Part shown: positions 50,541 to 60,440 of the stretch, one piece after another | Numbering within the stretch: position 1 is the first letter of the stretch | How the letters are laid out: every line of letters begins with the position of its first letter | Origin: Vulcanimicrobiota bacterium | Lineage (GTDB): Bacteria; Vulcanimicrobiota; Vulcanimicrobiia; Vulcanimicrobiales; Vulcanimicrobiaceae | DNA: 64,000 nucleotides | Direction of reading: 5' to 3' | Assembly: GCA_963812155.1 (NCBI GenBank) | Contig: CAWETW010000003.1 | Location: 896,001-960,000, forward strand | Notes under the pieces: generated by a model | Told to the model about the DNA's origin: nothing | What the model saw: only the letters and a program-made list of their open reading frames with translations | The model's database searches: none | Translations under genes and position numbers: made by a program

Positions 50541-51751
50541 TCTTGATCCTTTCGTTGGAAAGCTGATGCGAGCTCGCGCATTTGAGTGCGCACGTCGTGG
50601 CGCGCCGACACGAGATCGTAGGCGCGTCCCGCCCGATCGCGGGCCGCGTCCGGATTGATGTAGACATCTAAGAGCGCTGCGGCCAACGCGTCCGGATCGT
50701 CCGGCTTTACGAGCAATCCGCAGCGGTCGTCGAGCAACTCGCCGACGCTGCCCGAATCGGTTGCGACCACCGGCACGCCCAGCGCCATCGCCTCGAGTAG
50801 CGCCGAGGGCACGCCCTCCATCATCTTCTCGCCCGCCGAACGGCTCGCCAGCACGACGGCCGAGAACCACCCGAGCCGATACGCATTGTGCAGCGCGTCT
50901 CGGGCGATGAACCCTCCGAAGCGCACGGCGTTTCGAAGTTGCAGAAAATCAACCTCGGCCTCGAGTTCGGACTGCATCGGTCCGGCGCCGTACAGGGTGC
51001 AGCGAATAGGGACGTTGGAACGGCGCAGTATCGCTAGCGCGGCGAGGAGCACCTTATGACCTTTCACGGGGACGAACGCCGCCGGACAAACGATGCGGAA
51101 CTCGGCATCGTTGGGACGCAGCGGCGTCGCACGATCGGGCACGACGGTCCCGAGGCGTACGCGGCGGATGCGTCCGTTCAGGGCCGGCATCCTAGCGCGC
51201 AGATCGCGTTCTCCGCGATCCGATATCGCTCGCACGAACGAAACGGTTCGCTGTTTTACGTCGAACGCGTTACGTTCGTAAATATCCCATCGGTGCGCCG
51301 TCGCGCTCCAAAGCGCGTCGCTTGCGAGCGCCGCCACCATCGCGACCGTAGACGGAGTCGACATCCAATACGCATGGATATGGTCGAAGCGATGTTCTCT
51401 CGCCCAGTGCGCCAGCGCCAGAGCCTTCACGAGGACCGTAGCGTTCTTTGCGAAGCCGGGATCGCGCGAAGCCATCAACTGTCCGAGCGCCCCAATCGTG
51501 GCGGCCGGCCGCTCGACCACGGTTCGTGCGGCGCGCCGCAGTAAGCTCGCGTTCACGAGCGGCCATGCAAGAACTTCGACGCCTTCGGGAACGCGATGCC
51601 GGGCCGGCTGCCGAGGCGGCCGAACCGGCATCACTACGACGCGATCGAAATACCGCACGAGCTCGTCAAGTTCTGACGTCAAGTACGCTTCCTGAGGTCC
51701 GAACGGAAAGCGCGAGGTGACGACGATCAAGCGTTTAGCGCGACCGCTCAC
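50537..51751 (-). CDS. Glycosyltransferase family 4
   Basis: HIHAYW, TAHRWDI, VPVKGH and EGVPSALLEAMALGVPVV. Confidence 0.9.
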   Translation of the reverse strand: MSGRAKRLIVVTSRFPFGPQEAYLTSELDELVRYFDRVVVMPVRPPRQPARHRVPEGVEVLAWPLVNASLLRRAARTVVERPAATIGALGQLMASRDPGFAKNATVLVKALALAHWAREHRFDHIHAYWMSTPSTVAMVAALASDALWSATAHRWDIYERNAFDVKQRTVSFVRAISDRGERDLRARMPALNGRIRRVRLGTVVPDRATPLRPNDAEFRIVCPAAFVPVKGHKVLLAALAILRRSNVPIRCTLYGAGPMQSELEAEVDFLQLRNAVRFGGFIARDALHNAYRLGWFSAVVLASRSAGEKMMEGVPSALLEAMALGVPVVATDSGSVGELLDDRCGLLVKPDDPDALAAALLDVYINPDAARDRAGRAYDLVSARHDVRTQMRELASAFQRKDQE

Positions 51752-52863
51752 GAGTTGGAACCACACAAACGCAGGTACATCGTTCGGTGCGCGTCGGCAG
51801 TGCGCTTGATATCGTACGCCTCGCGTGCGTGCCGCTCGGCGCGGTCGGCAAGGGCGCGGCGCAGGTCCGGATTTTTGTGGGCACGTTCGATCTGGGCGGC
51901 GAGGTGTTCCGGCTCGAAGCCGTCCGCGATGAGACCGAAGCGTCCGCCGGCGAGCATATCGGAGGCGCCCAGCCACGGTGTCGTGACGATCGGCACCTTG
52001 GCAAGCATGGCCTCGATCAATGCCAGCGGCATGCCTTCGAACCACGAACTCATCAGGAGCACGTCCGCTCCGGGCAAGATCGACGCGACGTCGGTCCGGT
52101 AGCCGAGAAAGCAAACGCGCCTTGCAATTCCCAAGGCTTTTGCAAAATCGCGCAGCATGGATTCGTTCTCGCCCGCGCCCACGAACAGCAAGACCGATCG
52201 CTCGCGCGTCGCGGTACCGAGCGCGGAAAAAGCGCGCAGCGCTAACGCGTGATTTTTTTGATATTCCATTCGACCGACGAGCACGATCGCGAACTCGTCG
52301 TCGCCGACCATCAGCCGCTCGCGAGCGAGAGCCCGGTCTTCGTGACCGTCGACTAGAGTTACGCCATTTTGAATTGCAAGCATCTTGCCGGGCGGCAGGT
52401 GCTCCTGGCGGCTTAGCGCTGCAACCTGATCGCTAAAAAATGTTACGACGCGCGCGGTCATCCGATGGAGGAGCCAATCCGCCGCTCGTTCGAGCCGCGT
52501 ACGGCGAACGTCACAGGGATTGTGCTCGGTGTGAACGATGCATCGCGCGCCGGCGAGTAAGGCCGCAAAACGTCCCCAGTACTTGCCTACGTGGGTGTGA
52601 GTGTGAACGATATCCGGTTTGAAGCGTCGTATTTGGCGCGCCATTTGCCAGATGAATGCTCGGTCGCGGCGATCTCTGCGGCCGGCGTGTATCAATCGAA
52701 AAGGCAGCTTTTGCCGCAAATCCGCCGGCGGCTCGTAGATCGTGAGAAGGGCGGCATCGATGTCCGGCGACGACAGGTGTCCGAGAAGATCGACGATGAG
52801 CCGCTCGGCGCCGTATCCGCGGATCGACGGTAGAATGTGGAGGACGCGTACCGCCGCGGTCAT
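51748..52863 (-). CDS. Glycosyltransferase family 4
   Basis: GYGAER, PDIVHTH, VGRMEYQKNH and EGMPLALIEAM. Confidence 0.9.
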   Translation of the reverse strand: MTAAVRVLHILPSIRGYGAERLIVDLLGHLSSPDIDAALLTIYEPPADLRQKLPFRLIHAGRRDRRDRAFIWQMARQIRRFKPDIVHTHTHVGKYWGRFAALLAGARCIVHTEHNPCDVRRTRLERAADWLLHRMTARVVTFFSDQVAALSRQEHLPPGKMLAIQNGVTLVDGHEDRALARERLMVGDDEFAIVLVGRMEYQKNHALALRAFSALGTATRERSVLLFVGAGENESMLRDFAKALGIARRVCFLGYRTDVASILPGADVLLMSSWFEGMPLALIEAMLAKVPIVTTPWLGASDMLAGGRFGLIADGFEPEHLAAQIERAHKNPDLRRALADRAERHAREAYDIKRTADAHRTMYLRLCGSNS

Positions 52864-54299
52864 GCGGCTCGGTGGAAGAGAAATTCGCAAAGGGTTTGGA
52901 ACAACACCGCGACGTCGAGATAGGGCGACCAGTTTTCGAGGTATTGGAGATCGTAGGCGAGGCGTTCGCCGGCCGCCGACATGTCCACGTTGCGTTTCAT
53001 GTGGACGTGCGACCAGCCCGTGATTCCCGGACGTACCAGGTGACGCTGATCGTAACGCGGCAGCGTCGTCCGAAATAGATCGACGAAGATGGGCCGCTCG
53101 GGCCGGGGACCGACCAGCGACATGTCGCCGCGTAACACGTTGAACAGTTGCGGGAGTTCGTCGATGCTGAAACGCCGCAAAAAGGCGCCGATGCGGGTTT
53201 TTCGCGGATCGTTGCCGGTGGCCCACACGGCGCCGATCGTGCTCTCGGCGTCTTGTCGCATAGAGCGAAACTTCAGAATTCGAAAGGCTTTGCCGCCCAT
53301 GCCGGCTCGCTCTTGCGAATACAAGATCGGCCAGCCGGAATCGATGACGATGGCCACTGCCGCCGCGAGCATGACCGGCGAGAAGAGCATCAGGGCGAGG
53401 CTTCCAAACGCGACGTCCATCAGGCGCTTAACCAGCTGGGCGCGAGGCGAGCACGCGCGCAGGCGAGCCGGAACGATGAGCACTTGTCGTCCGTCAGTCT
53501 GAAGGCTGAGATCGTAGCAGTAGCGGATGACCGTGGGCGGCGCGAAGGCTAGACGAATTCGTTCAGACGCGGCGACCTCGAGAACGTGCGCGAGCAGGTG
53601 CGACGGAATCATCTCGGTGAGGATGAGCGCGTCGCAGCCCCATCTACGCGCGTGGTTGAACCATTCGATGCTCCGGAGTTCCGGATCGCGACTGAGGTCG
53701 ATCTGGCCGATAGCTTCGGCGATGTCGTCGACGACGATAAGTTGGGTTTCCGCACCGTCGGGCAGCTCTAAGCTTTCGAGTACCCGGTCGATATTGTCGG
53801 ACGTTCCGATCAGGCTAACCCTACGGCGGCCCTTGAACCATTCGGCGTGGCGAATGTGGTGGAGCATCGCACGGGACGAGCCGACCAGTACGATCGAAAA
53901 TGCCAAAGCGAAGATCAGTGCAATGCGTGAGGTCGAAATCCCCGGATAGATCGTGAAGAGCACGAGTTGCGGGATCGTTCCGAGCATCAACGCCGCGGTC
54001 GTATAGTAAAGCTCGTCCTTCATCGATAAGGCGTACGTCCGCCGATACAAGCCCAAACGGTCGAAAACGATCACCCAAAGCGCGACGTAGCAGATCTCGG
54101 CGATGAGAAGATGTCCGACGATCCTCGGCGATTGCCAGTGATGGAATCCGATGAGAGCCCCGAGACACGAAGCGACGACGAACAGCGTAACGTCGCTGAT
54201 CACTAAGATCGCGACCCACCTCGCTGGGAATGCGCGAGGAGTGCCCCGTGTAATCGATTTTAGTTGGGGAGCCGGGCGTTCGACTATGCGGGTAGCCAT
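52860..54299 (-). CDS. Initiating polyprenyl-phosphate glycosylphosphotransferase (WcaJ/WbaP-like)
   Basis: KRLMDV, ILKFRSM, DPRKTRIGAFLRRFSIDELPQLFNVLRGDMSLVGPRPE and RPGITGW. Confidence 0.94.
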   Translation of the reverse strand: MATRIVERPAPQLKSITRGTPRAFPARWVAILVISDVTLFVVASCLGALIGFHHWQSPRIVGHLLIAEICYVALWVIVFDRLGLYRRTYALSMKDELYYTTAALMLGTIPQLVLFTIYPGISTSRIALIFALAFSIVLVGSSRAMLHHIRHAEWFKGRRRVSLIGTSDNIDRVLESLELPDGAETQLIVVDDIAEAIGQIDLSRDPELRSIEWFNHARRWGCDALILTEMIPSHLLAHVLEVAASERIRLAFAPPTVIRYCYDLSLQTDGRQVLIVPARLRACSPRAQLVKRLMDVAFGSLALMLFSPVMLAAAVAIVIDSGWPILYSQERAGMGGKAFRILKFRSMRQDAESTIGAVWATGNDPRKTRIGAFLRRFSIDELPQLFNVLRGDMSLVGPRPERPIFVDLFRTTLPRYDQRHLVRPGITGWSHVHMKRNVDMSAAGERLAYDLQYLENWSPYLDVAVLFQTLCEFLFHRAA

Positions 54300-54465
54300 G
54301 AATGTTCAAATGATACGCGCCGGGAAGCCGCGCTCGGAGTGCCGTTAGCACTACGCGGCGTGACTCACGGAGAAAAGGACACAAGTCCCTCCATCGAAGG
54401 TCCCAACCTTTGAGCAGTGTCGTCCTTACGGAGCGACCTCTTCGCAGCGTACTATTTTCAGCACG

Positions 54466-56604
54466 ATGCCAAATATAGCGCCGTTCGGAGGCCCGGCCTC
54501 GTTGACGCAGTACGAAGCGCAACCGAACCGGGTAGACGACAGACGCGACGTTGAACGCCTGTATTCCGCCATTGTAAAACGTTGGCGCGTGTTTGCCGCG
54601 GTTGCGGGTGGATTCGTCGCACTCGTTGCGATCGTCACCATTCTAATGCCGAAATCGTACACGACGACGGTGCGAATGTTGGCGGGCCGGTCCGATACGA
54701 ACGTTGCGAACTCCGATAACAGCACGGCCCTTCCGGTCTTGAACGCCCTCGTGCTGCAGAGTGGGGTCCAGTCGGCCGAAACCTTCGCTGCGCTGGCGCA
54801 GCAGCGCGACATTGCGTCGACCGTCATCAAGCAACTCAACCTGTCGATGACCCCGAAAGAGCTGCTAGGCAGCGTAAGCGTACGGCCGATCGCCAATACC
54901 TCGCTCCTCAATCTCAACGTCAGCGGCAAGAGGCCCGACGAGTCGGCGCAGATCGCCAATGCGTTCTCCAGCGCCTTCGTCGACGAGGAACGCGATTTCG
55001 TGCGTTCCGAAGCGGTTTCGGCGATCGGGTATTTGTCTAAGGAGCTGCCGACCGCCCGTAACCGCATGCGGGCCAGCGCCACACAACTCGCGGAGTTTCA
55101 ATCGGCCCACGGTTATATGGATGCGACGTCCCACGAGCAAGACGTGGTATCGCGCGTCGCCACCGTGGATCAGCGCATCGACCAGTTGACCGTAGACGCG
55201 AGTGAGGCGAAGGCGCTTCTCAACAGCGCGTCGAGCCAAATGGGCGCGCTCTCCAGTACCGTCGACAGCGCAGAGCAGGTGCAGCGCAACCCCGTTTCTT
55301 CCGACTTGCGGTCGAAACTCGCCGACGTCGAGACCCAGCTCGCGACGGCGCGGCAAAAGTATACGCCGGCGCACCCGACCGTCATATCTCTTCAGCAGCA
55401 GCGCGCGGCGCTCATCGCGCAAATCGCGGCTCAACCTTCGGCCGTCATAAGCGAAACGACGGTGGCGCCTAATCCGCTTTATCAATCCCTGCAGCAACAA
55501 GCGGCGACCTATAGAGCTCGCATTCAAGGCGATCAGGCGCAAGTGCGGTCGCTACGAACGCAGCGGCGCGCTTATCACGCCGACGTCAAGTCGCTTCCGC
55601 AACAAGCCGTGCTGTTTGCCGCCATACAAGAACAAGCCAAGCGCGACGCAAACGTCTACAACGCGCTCGAACAAAAGTATAGCGACGCGCTGGTTGCCGG
55701 CTCGACGGCGATTAGCGACATCGTCATCGTTCAGCCCGCGAGTGCCGACGCGGCCATAAAGCGTCCGAGCTTGTCAATGAACCTAGCGATCGCGCTCGCG
55801 GTCGGCCTCCTTCTCGGACTGGCGGTCGTCTACGTTCTCGACGTGATCGAACGCCGGGCTGCCGGGGCCAACGTCGCCGGTCTCCTCGGGCTGCCGGTCG
55901 TCGCGCGGATTCCCGAGCTCGACGTCAAGAATCCTCGTATGTTGGCGTCGGCACAGGCGGTGACCATCGAAGCGTTCCTGCGTCTCTGCGTGACGCTGCG
56001 CCATTCGAACAGGCGCCGTTTGAGAAGTCTCGCGGTTCTGAGCGCCCGTCGCGGCGAAGGCAAGTCTACCATCGCGCTCAACCTCGCCAAGAGTCTATCG
56101 ACGCTTAGCCCGGGCGTTTTGTTGATCGACGCAGACCTCCGCCAGCCGACGCTGCACGAAAAGGCCAACTGCCCCAACACCGCCGGCTTGAGCAACGTGC
56201 TGGACGGCACTATGTCGATGCAGGAAGCGGTCCAGCATCTCGCGCCGGGCCTCGACATCCTCACGAGCGGTTCGGATTCGCTCGCACCGGTGCGGCTGCT
56301 CAACTCCCAATTCGAAGCACTGCTCGTAAAAGCGCGGATGGCCTACGAAACCGTGATCGTCGATACGCCGGCTCTCTCGGCCGTATCCGACGGCCTGATG
56401 GTCGCCGCGCACACCGACGGGTCGCTCCTGGTCGTCGCCGCCAACGCGACCGACGAGAGCGATGCGCGCAAGGCCGTCGATCAGCTGAAGCTCTTCGGTA
56501 TCGATAACGTCCTCGGCGTCGTCGTGAACAAGGACGTGGTGATCATCAGCGATTACGACGACTATTTCGTGCGCATGGGCGCGCTGATGGCGGGATCGGC
56601 GTGA
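54466..56604 (+). CDS. Wzc-like polysaccharide co-polymerase/tyrosine kinase
   Basis: Two TM helices flanking a coiled coil (YTPAHP). Walker A SARRGEGKST, A' LLIDADLR, B VIVDTP, and a short Tyr tail DYDDYF. Confidence 0.9.
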   Translation: MPNIAPFGGPASLTQYEAQPNRVDDRRDVERLYSAIVKRWRVFAAVAGGFVALVAIVTILMPKSYTTTVRMLAGRSDTNVANSDNSTALPVLNALVLQSGVQSAETFAALAQQRDIASTVIKQLNLSMTPKELLGSVSVRPIANTSLLNLNVSGKRPDESAQIANAFSSAFVDEERDFVRSEAVSAIGYLSKELPTARNRMRASATQLAEFQSAHGYMDATSHEQDVVSRVATVDQRIDQLTVDASEAKALLNSASSQMGALSSTVDSAEQVQRNPVSSDLRSKLADVETQLATARQKYTPAHPTVISLQQQRAALIAQIAAQPSAVISETTVAPNPLYQSLQQQAATYRARIQGDQAQVRSLRTQRRAYHADVKSLPQQAVLFAAIQEQAKRDANVYNALEQKYSDALVAGSTAISDIVIVQPASADAAIKRPSLSMNLAIALAVGLLLGLAVVYVLDVIERRAAGANVAGLLGLPVVARIPELDVKNPRMLASAQAVTIEAFLRLCVTLRHSNRRRLRSLAVLSARRGEGKSTIALNLAKSLSTLSPGVLLIDADLRQPTLHEKANCPNTAGLSNVLDGTMSMQEAVQHLAPGLDILTSGSDSLAPVRLLNSQFEALLVKARMAYETVIVDTPALSAVSDGLMVAAHTDGSLLVVAANATDESDARKAVDQLKLFGIDNVLGVVVNKDVVIISDYDDYFVRMGALMAGSA

Positions 56605-57578
56605 ACCGGGTAACGGTCGTCATACCCGCCTACAACGAAGGTCCCGGCCTCGCCGACGCGCTGACGGCGATCGCGACGTATTTCGCGTCGCACGGCGGGA
56701 CGTACGAGTTCTCATACCTCATCGTAGACGACGGTAGCAACGATAACACCTACTCGGTGGCCGAGGCATTCGCGCGCCGGTGCCTGCGTGCTCGCGTTCT
56801 CAGGCACTCGGTAAACCGGGGTCTCGGCGCCGCACTGCGCACCGCCTTCGAAAACGTTCGCACCGACTTCGCCGTCGTGTTGGACGCCGATCTGAGTTAT
56901 TCGCCGGCGACCGCCATGAAGCTGATCGAGGCTTTGGCAATCGAGCGCGCCGACATCGCGCTGGCATCGCCTTATGCCCTCGGCGGAAGCGTGCTCAACG
57001 TTCCGGGGCTGCGCCGTGTGTTGAGCCGCGAAGCAAACCGTTTTCTGTCGCTCGCGACGAACGGACGCTACGCAACCTTGACGTGCATGGTACGCGCCTA
57101 CCGCGTGGCCGCGATGCGCCGTTTGGACTTTCGCGGCGACCGGATGGTCGCCATCGTCGAGATGCTGTTGTGCGCGCTGCGGCAGAACATGCGAGTCGTC
57201 GAAGTTCCCGCAACCCTTGAGTGGAGCGATGCGCGACGCAACGGCGGCCGGCGCATCAACGTCGCCCGGATCGCGTCGCAGATAGCCGCAACGGTGCTTC
57301 TAGGGTGCCGCTACCGTCCGGCGCTCTGGTTTGCGCTGCCCGGACTATTTCCGGGATTGCTGCCGCTGGTCGTTGCCCTGTTGCTGGCTTTTCGCGTAAG
57401 CCGCGCCACCCTGGCAATCGGCACGACCGCAACGATCGTCGTCCAATACACGAGCCTCGCGCTCTTCACCGGTCAAATCACCGCGTTCATCCGTCAAAAA
57501 CTTAACCAAAGACGCCGCTACCGATCGAATGGAGTAAAGAACAATAATGGCCTTAACGTTCCAACCCACACCGCATAG
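56601..57578 (+). CDS. Glycosyltransferase family 2 (polyprenol-phosphate GT/ArnC-like)
   Basis: VVIPAYNE, VDDGSND, NRGLGAALRT and LDADLSY, with two C-terminal TM helices. Confidence 0.9.
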   Translation: MNRVTVVIPAYNEGPGLADALTAIATYFASHGGTYEFSYLIVDDGSNDNTYSVAEAFARRCLRARVLRHSVNRGLGAALRTAFENVRTDFAVVLDADLSYSPATAMKLIEALAIERADIALASPYALGGSVLNVPGLRRVLSREANRFLSLATNGRYATLTCMVRAYRVAAMRRLDFRGDRMVAIVEMLLCALRQNMRVVEVPATLEWSDARRNGGRRINVARIASQIAATVLLGCRYRPALWFALPGLFPGLLPLVVALLLAFRVSRATLAIGTTATIVVQYTSLALFTGQITAFIRQKLNQRRRYRSNGVKNNNGLNVPTHTA

Positions 57579-58788
57579 AGCTCTCCCGTCCGATCAGGAC
57601 GCGTCGGGACGGACTCTGGGCGACGAAGAAATCGCCGCAGTCACCGCCGCTCTGCGAAGCGGTACCCTGACCAGCACGAAGGGCCAGTTCGTTTCACAGC
57701 TAGAGTCGCGGTTTGCATCCATGATGGGCGCAAAATACGCGTACGCGTGCTCGTCCGGGACTGCCGCCATCCATTGCGCGATAGCGGCGCTCGATCTCGA
57801 ACCCGGAGACGAAGTGATTACGACGCCGATTACCGACATGGGCGCGCTTTCGCCGATTCTCTACCAGGGTGCGATTCCGGTATTCGCCGACGTAGATCCG
57901 CGGACGTGCAACGTAACCGCCGCGACGATTTCGGCTCGTATGAGCGATCGAACCAAGGCCATCGTGGTCACCCATTTGTTTGGGAACCCTTGCGAAATGC
58001 CGCAGATCGTCGCGCTCGCCAAAGACGCCGGCATCCCGATAATCGAGGACTGCGCTCAAGCATTTCTCTCGAGCTATAACGGACGGTTCGTCGGAACGAT
58101 CGGCAGCATCGGCTGCTTTAGCCTCCAGCAGGGCAAACACATCACCACGGGTGAGGGCGGCCTGGTCGTCACCGACGATCCCCAGCTCGCCAGGCGGATG
58201 TTCCTTTTCATCAACAAGGCGTGGGGCTACGGCGATCAGCATCCCGATCATTACTTCCTTGCCTTGAACTATCGCATGTCGGAGCTGTGCGGAAGCGTCG
58301 CGTGCGCGCAGCTCGATAAGCTTCCGGCCGTCGTAGCGCGGCGCCGGATGCTCGCCGGAACGCTGACCGAAATGCTTGGGGACGTGCGCGGCATCGCGAC
58401 CCCGACGATTTCGCGGGGCGCGCAGCACAGCTACTGGAAGTACTGCATTAGGACGGACGCCTCGCTGCCGAAAGACGCGGTACTCGAGATGGCAAGATAC
58501 CTGAAGGAACGCGGTATCGCCTCTGCGCCGCGTTACATTCAGAAACCGGCATTCATGTGCGAGGTCTTTGCGCGCCGTAAGACCTTCGGCAGCAGCGGAT
58601 ACCCGTTTAACCTCGCGCGCCCCGAAGCGCTCGATTACGATCCGGCAAGTTATCCAGGGACGCTGGCCGCACTCGAGCGCATCCTCGTCGTTCCCTGGAA
58701 CGACCTTTACAACGAAGACGACGTGCGATACATCGCCGGCGCAATCTCGTCGGCCGCCGCCGATCTCACCTGTGAGGTAGCCTCTTGA
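57547..58788 (+). CDS. DegT/DnrJ/EryC1/StrS sugar aminotransferase
   Basis: SSGTAAIH, PGDEVI, IEDCAQA, FSLQQGKHITTGEGG and NYRMSE. Confidence 0.93.
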   Translation: MALTFQPTPHRALPSDQDASGRTLGDEEIAAVTAALRSGTLTSTKGQFVSQLESRFASMMGAKYAYACSSGTAAIHCAIAALDLEPGDEVITTPITDMGALSPILYQGAIPVFADVDPRTCNVTAATISARMSDRTKAIVVTHLFGNPCEMPQIVALAKDAGIPIIEDCAQAFLSSYNGRFVGTIGSIGCFSLQQGKHITTGEGGLVVTDDPQLARRMFLFINKAWGYGDQHPDHYFLALNYRMSELCGSVACAQLDKLPAVVARRRMLAGTLTEMLGDVRGIATPTISRGAQHSYWKYCIRTDASLPKDAVLEMARYLKERGIASAPRYIQKPAFMCEVFARRKTFGSSGYPFNLARPEALDYDPASYPGTLAALERILVVPWNDLYNEDDVRYIAGAISSAAADLTCEVAS

Positions 58789-59825
58789 AGAAGAAACGTT
58801 TCGCAATCGTCGGTGCCGGCGCAATCGCGCGTGCCTACGAAACCGCCTTCGCGTCCATGGACAACGCCGCCATCGTTGCGGTCTGCGACGTGGAAACGAC
58901 GGCCGCCAAGGAGTACGCGCGACGCGTAGGCTGCTCGGCCTATCCCACGACCCGGCACTTGCTCGCCGGCGCGGAATTCGATGCAGCGGTCGTATGCACG
59001 CCGCCGGTGTCGCACGAAAGCATCACCTGCGAGCTGCTTTCCAACGGCAAACACGTATTGTGCGAGAAACCGCTCGCGGTGAGCGTCACCGCTGCCCAAC
59101 GCATGGTGGCGACGGCGCACCGGAGCCGCGCCATTCTCACGATGGCTTCGAAGTTTCGGTACGCGGCCGACGTGCGTAAGGCGCGAGAGCTGCTGGCGTC
59201 GGGCGCCATCGGGGAGTTGGTTTTTGCGGAGAACGCCTTCACGTCGCACGTCGATATGCGCAATCGGTGGAACTCAAACGCCGCAGTGAGCGGCGGAGGG
59301 GTGCTCATCGATAACGGCACGCACGCCGTCGACGTGCTCCGGTATTTCCTGGGTAATCTGTGCGACATTCAGGTCGTCGAAGGACGCCGCATGCAGGGTT
59401 TGCCCGTCGAAGACACCGTGCGGCTTTTCGTCCATAACGACGACGGCGTCGTAGGGACCTCGGATCTCTCGTGGAGCATCGATAAGGAACTCGAGACCTT
59501 CTTGAGGCTGTACGGACGCCTGGGCACGATTCTGGTCGGATGGAGGGAGTCGCGATTCCGCCGGCGCGGAGAGAGCGACTGGCACGTTTTCGGGAGCGGT
59601 TACGACAAAATCCAGGCGTTTCGCGATCAACTCAACAATTTTTGCGACGCGATCGACGGCACCGACCGCCTCCTGGTAACGGCCGAGGACGGACTGGCCT
59701 CCGTTAAGGTGATTCAGGCCGCGTACGCGGCCCTGGAACGGACGCGCTGGGAGCGCATCGGTTCGCACATCGAAGATCTCGAGATCGCGCCGCTGCGGCT
59801 CACGCGCGAGGCTGCGGCGTCGTAA
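58785..59825 (+). CDS. Gfo/Idh/MocA NAD-dependent oxidoreductase (WbpB-like)
   Basis: IVGAGAIA, KHVLCEKP and GGGVLIDNGTHAVD. Confidence 0.92.
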   Translation: MKKKRFAIVGAGAIARAYETAFASMDNAAIVAVCDVETTAAKEYARRVGCSAYPTTRHLLAGAEFDAAVVCTPPVSHESITCELLSNGKHVLCEKPLAVSVTAAQRMVATAHRSRAILTMASKFRYAADVRKARELLASGAIGELVFAENAFTSHVDMRNRWNSNAAVSGGGVLIDNGTHAVDVLRYFLGNLCDIQVVEGRRMQGLPVEDTVRLFVHNDDGVVGTSDLSWSIDKELETFLRLYGRLGTILVGWRESRFRRRGESDWHVFGSGYDKIQAFRDQLNNFCDAIDGTDRLLVTAEDGLASVKVIQAAYAALERTRWERIGSHIEDLEIAPLRLTREAAAS

Positions 59826-59828
59826 AAT

Positions 59829-60440
59829 ATGACCGTCCACCCCACTGCGAACGTCGAGGCGGGCGTCATCATCGGACGGAACACGGCTGTTTGGGACAAC
59901 GTTCACATCCGCCACTCCACGCGCATCGGCGCCGACTGCATCATTGGTGAGAAGTCCTACATCGCCTACGGCGTCGAAATCGGCGATCTGGTAAAAATAA
60001 ACGCCTTCGTGTACGTCTGTACCGCCGTCACTATCGAACGAGGCGTCATGATCGCTGCGGGGGTCGTATTTACCAACGACCGCTGCCCGCGAGCGACGGA
60101 CCCTCGGTTCGATCGCTTGTTGTCTTCGGATCCCGATGAGAAGACGTTGAAGACGCTCGTATGCGAAGGTGCTACGATCGGCGCGCAGGCGACGATCGGG
60201 CCCGGCCTGAGAATCGGGCGCTTTGCGATGATAGGCATGGGCTCCGTCGTAACGCGCGACGTTCCGGATTTTTGCATCGTCGCCGGCAACCCGGCGAAGC
60301 CCGTAGGATTCGCATGCACATGCGGGCGCACGCTGATGCGCCTTACGACCGCGGAAGGGCGCCGGGAACTACGATGCCACACGTGCCTTGCCGAATACGT
60401 GCTCGAAGGGACGAAAGTCACCGAAACGGCGCTGATCTAA
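59829..60440 (+). CDS. Hexapeptide-repeat N-acetyltransferase (WbpD-like)
   Basis: VHPTA, left-handed beta-helix repeats, VFTND and VAGNPAK, with a C-terminal CTCG...CHTC. Confidence 0.9.
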   Translation: MTVHPTANVEAGVIIGRNTAVWDNVHIRHSTRIGADCIIGEKSYIAYGVEIGDLVKINAFVYVCTAVTIERGVMIAAGVVFTNDRCPRATDPRFDRLLSSDPDEKTLKTLVCEGATIGAQATIGPGLRIGRFAMIGMGSVVTRDVPDFCIVAGNPAKPVGFACTCGRTLMRLTTAEGRRELRCHTCLAEYVLEGTKVTETALI